A stretch of DNA of 64,000 nucleotides from Oopsacas minuta (Eukaryota > Animalia > Porifera): contig JAKMXF010000299.1 of NCBI GenBank assembly GCA_024704765.1, positions 434,001-498,000 of the forward strand. The letters run 5' to 3'. Below are positions 10,949 to 22,500 of the stretch, one piece after another. The notes under the pieces were generated by a model that searched no databases, was not told where the DNA came from, and worked only from the letters and a program-made list of their open reading frames with translations. How positions within the stretch are numbered: the first letter of the stretch is position 1; each line of letters begins with the position of its first letter. The translations under genes and the position numbers were made by a program.

Positions 10949-13537
10949 TCTAGTTTTATCTGTACATAGATTCTCCTGGGATCTAACTTTAGGAATATTT
11001 AATTTCAAATTTAGGCTTTCCAATTATTCTTACTATTCTAACCTTCCTTAACTTAGGAATTGTATGTATATGTGACAACTTCCCAACATTACATTGCTCT
11101 CATAAATACAACTACTACTAATATATTGCATTACTTTGTTTGAATCTTTTATTTACAAAGTTTACTTTTCTAGGGTGTAATATAATATAATTACTATTCT
11201 AATTGGTTACTACAGTCAACATCTGGTAACTCGAACGAATATTCACGTTAGGCGGAGTTTACTGTATGTTCAATTTATTTTTAATGACAAACTCTGAAGT
11301 ACATGCAAATATGATTCAAATTCTTTAATCTAGGATGATTTAAATTTACACCTAAAAGTGTGACAATATGATAAATATGTACATTTTGAGATTAATATTT
11401 TGTAAAAATGCAATTCACGCCATACGGATCCGATTACCCCAGTTAACACTAACCCCAAGATCATTTGGAATTAAAATTTATCGCTTAAAGCTGCAGAATA
11501 TCCCAGATTTTAGTATACATTTTCAGCTATAAACCTACCCACATAATAATCTAACTATTGTGATAGTGTAATTCTTTGTAATAATATATATATTATATTA
11601 TGATATCACCGCACATAAACTCCTCTGCTATCGTTATACGCTTATGTACATGATTATTCAGAGATTGCTTTAATTACATTTCATTTATTTTTATGCAAGT
11701 GGGATATATTGTCCCACATACACATAGTTCTCACATTTTAGGAGATATCTATTTGTAATTCAAGTTTCCATAAATTCGAATATGCCAGCTTTAGATAGTA
11801 AATCATATAATATACCCTCGCTAATCCAAAAACATAGCATTGATTAGATTATTCCTAATTGATAATCATTAAATGATTCACTCTACAATTCTACAGTTCA
11901 CAAAATATTATATTACTTCCACCATAGTAATTGACTTATATTTTGTAATCCTGATTTCCTTGATTTCGTCTCTCCTTATCACTAATATTTGCATATAATA
12001 AAATGTGGAGTGTACTCGCTCACAGGGTCGAGTGTAGCCTTAATCCCGAATTCCAAGCCTGGGATTGGATCTCTGAAATTCCGGGATTCCGAATGACAAT
12101 CTATATCTCAAAATACATGTATATTATCATCAAACGTAGCCTAAAAATACGTAATATTCTCCCTATAATTAAACTTTAGTGCAAATATGCGATATCTGCA
12201 CATCAACATTTCCGACAATGTGAATTGGGAGCATTGTTAATACCGAAAAAGGAAAAAAACTCTCCTAAAACATGTTTGAATTTAATGCAAACTAAGCTGT
12301 AAGAAATTGGCATAGAAAGTTATCCTACATATTTGTACTCTATTTGGTATAATATCTTCTCTATTGTTTAGGCTTGGATAGGCCATTAATTTTATTGGAT
12401 AATAATAATATTTACTATTTTTCTAAGCGTGATACTAATCTCAGGATCTCGGGATTTGGAAAACAGTAATTCTAAGTGTAGTTCTGAATTTACCTGCATC
12501 TGTACATGAAATTCTTCACAAACCTGTATGTATGTGATCATGCATACTCGACCCGCTCAGCATCACCCTCGACTCTTTAACACCTCATATTTGGAACTTT
12601 TAAATTATCTTCTCATATTAAATCACTGAAATGTTAGGTTTAATCACTTTACACACATTCAATACCAAATTTCAAATTTCAATTCTTACTAGATCTTCAA
12701 ACTTTTACAAATACGTAACGAAAAAATAAGTATTATCAATTTACACAATACGTATATTATATGCTATGATAAGAGCCAATTTCGTATACAACGGTATTAA
12801 CATTGAATTTCAGAGCTCCTTTAATCAAGAATGATAATATAACATAAGAATTATCATGTGAATATTTTCTATTGTTTGAAGAGATGATAGTACAACCCAT
12901 AAATAGTGGCTTGCCTACGGTTCGATTAAAGGGAATATTCTCAAATTGAACTTGTATTGGGAGCATGCATATGTATTCTTATAGAATAGGGCACGAGTAG
13001 ATAATAAGAAATTCTAAATTATCTTGTTTTGGTTAGATCTCAGTTACAAAATATTATCACGAGTACTACTGCTAATTTTGCTACTGTTATGTTCAGTCGA
13101 CAGACTGGTACAGTCAATGCCAGTTATAAGAACATCATCGGCAGTGGTGGATTCTTTAAACAATTCTGGGGGGCAAAATTGAACTTCTCAGAGCTAGTTT
13201 TTTATTTCATTATAGACTACTACACAGTACACATACTAGAACTATAATTCGTTGAGTAAGTGATTTGAGGACAATTTCCTTGAATAGAGAAATTGTGAAA
13301 GAAATCAATTTATATAATGTGTTGAAAAGGTGGATGATGTAGAAGAAGCGCGTGATTCTATGCTAGCTAAGACGCCTTCATCCTTGTAGAATTTCCAAAA
13401 ATTATATTCTTTCTTGTTTACTAATTAATTTCAATTATTCGAATGTTGAAAAGGGGGGGAGCCCCCCTTGCCCCCCAGGAATCCGCCGTTGATCGTCGGG
13501 AACTGGGCATAATGTTCTTATATCCGGTAAAAATTCA

Positions 13538-16500
13538 ATGGAGTAAGATACAAAAGATTCGGTAAATCGAGTTATGGTTCTTATGACCGGTGTTCTTATT
13601 TCCGGCATCTACTGTAGTACAACTCGGGGCTCGGCAAGCGTACGTATAACAAAACGTGTTAATATATGATAAATATCCATTCTTGATATTTGCACTTGTC
13701 AGATTGGTAGGAGCGAATTCTACGCACATGAAGAATTCTACACCTGAGGTGCACATATACACTCAAAAATGTATCCAATCACAAATCTTCATGTGAATTG
13801 GACTTCTAAACCTTCAGACAAAGTAAAACTAGGTAAATAGCCTCATTTATACATTGTTATATTTATAGCTGGTTCCATGGGAAGCTTGATCGTGCAGAAG
13901 CTGAAATGCGTCTAACAGAGATTCTAACTCCTGGAGCTTATCTAGTCCGTCAAAGTGTGAATACTCCAGATACATACTCTATATCTTTCATATCTTCTCA
14001 AGGGATTATTCACTTCAGAATAATGTTCTATACTGGGTCTTACTTTATCGGAGGAAGGAGGTTTACTTGTCTATCAGATATTGTGGGTTATTACATTAGC
14101 TATTCTACTATTGTAGCGTCAGAAACATTAATAATTCCTGTACCACCAAAACAGGTGAGCAAAAACATTTTTTATGAAAAATTGGAAATTATATTTGTTG
14201 ATATTTTAGGCATTAATAAACATACAAACTCGTATTATTGCAACAGATAATTATGTACAAAACCTGGAAACGGAAGAACTAAGGTATGATTCAATGTCCA
14301 CTCTTGCAACAAATATATTCACTATGATTAACGAAAATATTTTACTTGCACATGACACCTTAGTTGGCTAATTAATCGGAATATTGTAAATGATTATGAA
14401 TTACGTATTCAATTCTTGGATTATAATATACTCAATATTTAAACACTATAATATGGGTTAGGCTTCTACAGGATATGATATGATATTTCAGTTTGCAAAC
14501 GGATGTAATGAATATAGTATTTGGAATTTAACATCTAAATTCAGTAATTCATGGAGTATTTCTTAAATAGTGAACTTACATAGCTTGGGACATATTGGCC
14601 TTGCCTACTGGTGAAAAACTAGACAACGTTAAATGTCCATATTTGACCACTGCAGTCATTCATGGACAGGAAAATCAAAGCGCATGAAAGTAATTTCCCC
14701 GAAATTGTAAGATACATTTGTAATAATAATAAAGAATGTGATTATTAGAAGGTTACCTTTCGAATTTATTATTTCAAATATTTCATCAATTTTATTGTAT
14801 AGTTTTCGTCGTGGAGATATATTTGTGATTCTATCAGAAATAAATGAAGCTTGGTATTGGGTGAAATCTAACAAAACTGGAGAAACTGGGATGGTACCAA
14901 GAGATCTGTTCATGGATGTGGTCAGTCTGTAAGTCAAATAGAAATATTATACGTAAATCATTTCCGATTTTACAATGGTAAATTTCCCGCATTGAATAAA
15001 GCATTTAATATTGCCTCTACTGCTAGATCTCTCACAATGTATATTATACAGGAAATTAATAAATGATTAAAATACTCGCATACCATTACTTCTGTATTTC
15101 TAAGTACAGTTGAACCTCCGAGATGCGGACAGTCGGGATATTCCTGGTTCTAAGAAATACCCCTACCTCTATGGTGGTTCCAAAGTATTTCTAATCCACA
15201 ACTTCGCAGTTTATTGTCATGGTTTGAATTGAAAATACAGCTAAGGTCAACTCTATTATATGGAAAATTACATGAAAATGGGGAATATATTTTGAACTGA
15301 TTGAAAACATTGTGCTAAGATCTTGGAGTTCGACTTGTACCATGAATATACATACTACCTAGTTTAAATCAGTTAGAATATCCATGGTATTCAAGATACA
15401 AACGTGTGCTCTTAATTTTATGAGAGTGGAATATTTCTATTTATTCATTTGATATAACGTGTTTACGGAATCTTTAAATATTTATGTAATTTTGTTTAAT
15501 TGAATGTTCCAATTTTAATAGACAACAAAGATTGATATTTGTGCTGGAAAGCCTTGGTTTCATGAAAATATTGATCGAGACACAGCTCTAGAACTTGTTT
15601 CACGAGGTAGTTAGTTTATCCAATACTTTTCGTAACACCGCACATCGTTCATACCAGGGGCGGATCTGGCATACCCGGGCCCTACTTGGGCCAAAATCTT
15701 ATTCTATTATAGGCAGTGGTGGCCCGAGGGCCTGACAGACCCCAGACAAATGCCCAGTTTGCCACCCCTTGGACCGCCACTGGTTCATGCCACAATTGTA
15801 TTAAATCTGTCCCGATTAATTAAGCCGGGCTAACCTTATGTATATAATGAATATTATCATTATGTCTTTTGCCTGATTTATATAGTAACTTATTTTGTAG
15901 AAAAAAGAATTGGAAGCTTCTTAGTGAGGGCACATGAAACAGTCAATGTTTATGTATTGATTGTACGGTGAGTTATCATATTTGCTTAAAACTTATTCAT
16001 ATACTTAGTTTATCTGAATTTGCTTAAAGTGGTGTATCTGGACCTCTCAAATTCAAAATTCTCAAAGAAGACTATTATTTCCTCGGAAAACGTCCTTACA
16101 ACAGGTGAATACTAAATACAATAGACTCTCGACTGCCAATAATGCTGCTACGTATATTGTATTTATTTTTTGTTTATAAATGGGGGTTTCCTTAGCATTG
16201 AAGAGATTTTGAAACATTACAAGAAGGAACCTATCCATGAACAGATTTGTTTAGGCTTTCCAATACCTAAGGTAAATTAATATTATTTCGTTACATCATT
16301 TGAATAGTTCTAATCTAAATTGGCTAATTCATGATTTTATCATTTATTGAATTATTTGAAAACAACAATTTTTCCATAATACTTTTGAGCATAGTCTTTG
16401 GATCAATTGGATGGATAACACTGGACAACATTTTACAACTTATTTTTTATTCCTTGCTCGTTTCAAGTTTACCTAGACTAATATGGCCATGCTGAATCCA

Positions 16501-19500
16501 AATCTGGCCTTAGATTTTTTCTAACACGTCACGTTTTTGAGATATGACATATGCATACAACAACCCGTAATTGTCATTTTGGCTAATTTTGGTTGTGCAG
16601 AACAAAACATTACATGTAATAAACACAGTGATTGCTAGTGAAAATAACAGAATTATCATTTTGCACAATTTAACACAACCCAGGATGATTAAACCAGACA
16701 AAAATAACATTGTGTCCTCTCAAAAGTGCTTTATACACTTGCTCTTTCGAGCATGTTCAGTGTCAGTTTCACGCTGGAGAAACCAGCAGTAGTCCCCCAT
16801 CATGTTTGGGTTAAATCGACCTCCATACCGCGATTCCATCACGGTATAGAGGTCGAAAATCCAGCAATATTTGTTGTGCAAAAATAACAATCCAACGTAT
16901 GGTTTTAGGTTCTCGCCAAATCATAGGTACCGCAAATGGCATGGATTTCTTCTTTCCATTAAGCCATTGGATTAGACTGGCATAGCAGACGGTACAGCAG
17001 ATGTGAGGTGCCCAGTTCTTGTCTTGGTCACCAACTTTGCAACCAAAGTAATACTTGTAGCCAATCTTGACACGATTGGCAATATTTCTTCGCTGGGGCT
17101 TCGGCGTAAATTTTCCACAAATATAGCAGAAGTTATCTGGGTGGTTCGTGCATTGTCTTCTGCTCGTATTCATTGTAAACAAAAAGCTTAAATACACAAT
17201 CAGTTACAAACTAAAAATTCTGTAAAACAGTGATGTTGTTGGTTTATCGATACAGTCTACAATCCACCCGCAAGTAGGCTAAATAACCCCTCCTTATAGC
17301 CATGGCCAAGAACACTCAAGAATGCATTAATTGTCAAAAGATAGAACATTACATTTACAAAATAATGTTAATATTAACCGTACATAATATGCATTGTTGA
17401 CCAACAATTCGCTGGGAAAGAAAATTGTACAATAGGCCTAACTTGTACTGTATAGTACCTTATAATATAGTGCCAATCAATGCAAAATCCGAATTTCGTG
17501 AATTTTCATATCTTGAAATCCTGACGTGATAGACCAATTCTGATTTCAGATTTGGAATCAGCATCCCAAAGTTAGTCTAGGTAATCTATTTTCATTTGAG
17601 GAATAAATTTGATGTTGCCCAGTGTAATCAATACTATTATGTCGTTATATGGGACCTAGTAATATGGCTTTGCTTTGTCTTACATAATTCTATACTATCT
17701 TCAGTAAATTTAGTTATAGCCTTTTTATTTTTAAGAGATTCGACTGTTTACCAATTGAACTTCCTCCAATCGCTCAAGAAGACAGAGAGAAAAATCTGAA
17801 GGCTTTTAAAGAGAAGCTTCGTAGTGCAAAAATCAGAGAGAGGGAAATGATTGTTAAGGCTGGTACTCTAACTCGTAAAGGTACTAGCACTATACAACAT
17901 AATTCAACTGTGTAAATACATATAACTACCGTTATCGAATACCGGAATTCATTGCAAATTTGTTATAATTAACGAGTATACAAATATTCCTCATACAATT
18001 TTATGTAAATTTTTTCAGAGAGAATATCATTCCGCACTAAATGGAAGCCTTATTACGTTCAGCTGCATAAAGACCACAAAGTTATATTTAAAGACAATGA
18101 AAAGGTTTGTACTATTATCCTTTCCTGTATAATTCTCTCCTAATTCCTCCCATTTATATGAATCTTCTAACACTCGTTTTTTCCAATTTAATACATATTT
18201 TATTCAACTGTATTTCTCAGGCAACAAAAGCCAAACATCTTCTGGACTTAAAGAATTGCTCAATAAATCACGTTCATCATTCTATGTTTTTCAGGTGAGT
18301 TTATTAATACGTATACACTTGAATACATCAGCAGCAGGCGTAGATAATGCTTTGTTTTAACTTTTTCCCCTCTTGTTTAGAGATCATATATTTCTCGTGG
18401 TCGACTACTCCCTCTCACAAAAGAGGACTCACCTTTTTTTAGCTTGTCAGACGAAAGAAGAGTATGAAGTAAGCAAAACCTTTTCAAAATCTATTTTTCA
18501 TTATTTACTATTGGATCAACGAATTTCTTAGTACCAACATTTACATATTATCCATGGTTTAATATAGACAGTTATTTGTATTAGGAAATTACTGTACGTA
18601 TACCTCATGTTTGTATTCGCCCACATGAATTCCGATCATTTTGACAAATCTATATGAATAGTGTATATATTTTGTAGGTGTGGTTTGACGCATTAAGAAC
18701 AGCTGGTGATCTTGCATCAGGGAAAACACAACCTAATCAACAGTACAAAACAATTCGTAACCTAACAATTGGAGTACAGTCATGTGAAATGCAGGGCGCT
18801 GGTACTAACTATAGCCCAGGCTATTGTATGATATCTCTGGACGGTTTTAACCTAGGCCGTACTGATATTGTGCTTCCAATGGATTCATACAAGTGGGATA
18901 AAGAATTCACTTTCACGTATGTTATTTGTATTATTAGTTTTGATAATCTTTGGATTTATAAATTACTTTTGATCGAAATAAATTGAATTTATTTCTTACT
19001 AGGAACCTATCTGGAGATCTATCAACTATTTCTGTAAAATTCTTTACGAAGGGAAATCTTCTACGGAATGCTGGGGGTGTATTCCAAGGTACTATAGTTA
19101 TATTGTCAAATAATTTTGCACAGGGTTATGTTGCTTAATTAACCTCAGCTAACAGTACTTGTATTACAAAATAGTATTATAATTTTCTTTGGCATTTTTG
19201 TCAAAACCCTACTGGAATCACTTTACAAAAATTGTTTCAGCTTTATAATTTATACGTATTACATTTTCAAAATTCGTTCTATTCCACTACACATCAACTT
19301 TTGTAATACAGCTAGAGTGCACTTTATTTTACTAATAATTATTTGTATAGGTGAGATTACACTGTATCTCAACGCATTAACATCTCATGAGAAGATTGAT
19401 AATTGGTATAAACTCAATTGTAAAACTGGAGTTAGAGGGAAGCTAAAGTTGAAAGGGAATTTTCAGGTTTGTTAATATTTACTCAATTCTTAGATGTAGC

Positions 19501-22500
19501 ATAATCATGCTATAGAATTCGTCTGTAAGTTGTAAATATATTTATTTTCTATAATTATCGAAGATTATTTTGGCCATATCCATGCGTATATCTGTTATGC
19601 TCTATTTTGATTTGGCGAATTAATTCAGCTATTTGTACACGCGAAAATTTGAAAAACACAACTATATAATTAGTGTAGTGCTTCATGTCTAGTTTAATGT
19701 TAAAAAGAGTTAGTATTTTGCGAATTGTTTTGAAGTGTTTTACACTTTTAGTGTAATGTTGTGTATCTGTTATATTCCCAATTAGAACGAAGTTGTATTA
19801 CCGGTTAAAGAGTACGAAGTTTTTCAAGCAGCACTACTTGATGAATCGCTAGTTGCACTCCACACCCTTGACAGCATAAAATCAGACGATAGGAATTCAT
19901 TAGGCGCTTCTCTAGTTAAGATTATGGGATGTTGTCATTCTACTCACATTCTAATTCCTAAGATTATGGCGTTAGAAGTTAAGAGATCTCTAATGGGTAT
20001 GCAATTAGTTTACTATTTTAGATTTATATAGAAATTTAGCCTTTTATCTATTCGAGCTCTAGTGTATATGAGGATTGCAGAAATGTTATCTGCGGGATCT
20101 TTTGAGATGGGAAAACATTCAATGATGCACATGTTAATTAAGATGTAACGGCCATTTATAGGTTTATCTTTGCTATCGATTCATTTTTCATTGGGTATAA
20201 ATGCACTTAATGAGATGCTATGGAATATGCAATAAATATATTTTGTGATTTTTACAATAAGAACCCATGTAATTATATGAAACACTTGATTTAACTAGTT
20301 TGATAGTTTTTTGCTGCACCAAGATGATTCAACTAATATGTGTTTGAGAACAGAAGATAATAAAAGCAAATGTTTTATTGAAATTACAATTTCAGTAACT
20401 ACCCTTCTGAATTTTTCAAGTGAGATGACATTTAATTTGAAAGCGGAAATCTATTCCTTCGTAACTTGCCTTGCTGGTTTCCTTGGGATAGTTTCTACAG
20501 GAATTAATTCAGGGATGATTTCTCCAATAATTCCGGAATTGATGAAAGACGAATTGGTTACAACAGAATTACTGCCTATTTTCACTGGTTCGTATTTCGT
20601 AGGAACTTTTATAGGACATATAAGCACTGGATGCGTAGTGTTACTTGGTAGAAAGAAAGTTCTCATAATCTCCCTCTCATTTATATACTACTTTGTAAAC
20701 TACATTTTCCTATTCGGCTTGAACTCTCTATCTGTTATTGCTGCTCGCTTGGTTCTAGGGATACATGACTCAATTGTGTTCGATCTATTTATAGTGTTAA
20801 CTGGTGAGGTTGTCATGGATACGAGAAAAAGTGTATATTGCACAAGTATGGGTATTTCACTTAGATTGAGCGTTTTATTGGCTTACCTTCTAGGTATTTG
20901 GATAAGTTACAGATATATTGTGATAGTTTCTATGTCATGCTATACATTATGTATAATATTGATGGTATTGCAACCTACTTCACCACATTGGCTAATTAAG
21001 AAAGGTCATTTTGAGATGGCGAATAGAGTTTTGTTTCGTATCTATCAAAATCAAACTGTTGCAGATGAAAAATTTAATGAAATATATGAACAACAATGTA
21101 TTAGCGGCCAAACCTATCAAAATATTGACAATTCTAATAAATTGTTGGAAAAGTTTAGATCCATTTTCAATTGGCCTGTTTTGAAACCTATCCTGATTAT
21201 CTCATCACTACAAATCCTTAAGGAAATGTCAGGTCATGAAACAATTGTAAGTTACTGCTCTTTAATATTATCTGTAAATGCTTCTGTTACAAACTCTACT
21301 AGTATATTGGCGGATAAAAATGTACAAGCATTAGCATACCCTTCACTGCTTGGATTAGGGAGTGTTCTCTCATTGTTAATTGTATCACCGAAACGCCTCA
21401 AGGCTATTTTAATAGTCACTACAGTGGGACAGTTAATTGCTCACTTATCAATGACGTCATATTTCGTTGTCACACAGTACAACTTACTCAATCAAACTGG
21501 GATAATAATGCATTACTTATTTATATGGGGGGAATTAAGCATTGCGATGTATGGTCTATTCTTTTCATTAGGGTGGGGATCTATCATCTATTATCTCTAC
21601 ATTGAACTGTTCCATCCCAAGCATAGAGAATTTTCTACATCTATATGTTCTTTAGCAATGGCTGTAACTTCAATATCGAGTGTGACTACTAATGGATATA
21701 TCCTTGAAGTGTTTGGTGGTGTTGTGATGTTCTCATCTTTCAGTATTACTTGTATTGTGGCGGTTATATTTCAAATATTCCTACTTCCAACCTTACAGTA
21801 AATTTGTAAACTAATTTTCTTTTCTTTACTTTATCTTTGTGTCAATTTCCAGCTTAGTTCTATCAATTTGCTCGCTACGAAGTTACCATTTAGAGTTTTG
21901 CATTGTGTGTTATATTATATTTGGTGTGTATATGAAAATCCTGTAACATTTGTGTTCTCTCAATCTTTATTCATTTATTATTATACTGGGAATGCATATA
22001 TAGATTCTAGAATTTTGTCTTTGAGAGACATTTGCGATTTACAATATTTCTAGTACTGCAACTTTACAACCTTTTTCATAATGTAGATGCAAAATCTTCT
22101 CTGTTCCGTAACACTACCCTCGCTACCTCTCTGATGGACCATCTAATGCGTACAGTTGGTAATGTGTACATAAAAGATATCCTTAGTGAGAATATTACCA
22201 ATGTTATTAATGAATCGCATTCTCTTGAGGTCAGTATCATATACTCCTTACTTTATATATGAATGTATGTATCGCATAAATTAGTACACTTTAATCTACC
22301 AAATATTCTGAAATAACGAGCTTTTGTATCGGCTATTTTTAGTGCGACTCTAATGGCATGGACGATGTGCGACGTCCGTACGTTCGTCCGCGCGGTCGTG
22401 CGAAATCTAGCATCGTGCCAATCACACGAAAATTGGTACACATACATATACATTTTGGGTCGGAGATTTGCACGTTGGGTATGAATTCTTTCTAAAGTCA

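Noticed and set aside
12757-13380. Coding-looking patches between TSC2 and RASA1 (a hydrophobic stretch and EINLYNVLKRW, faintly BACK-like)
   Set aside because: No consistent frame or exon chain, frequent stops, and similarity too weak to support.
20311-20424. Upstream extension of the MFS ORF from TTG 20311
   Set aside because: Non-ATG start and intron-like composition; the family-like sequence starts at ATG 20425.
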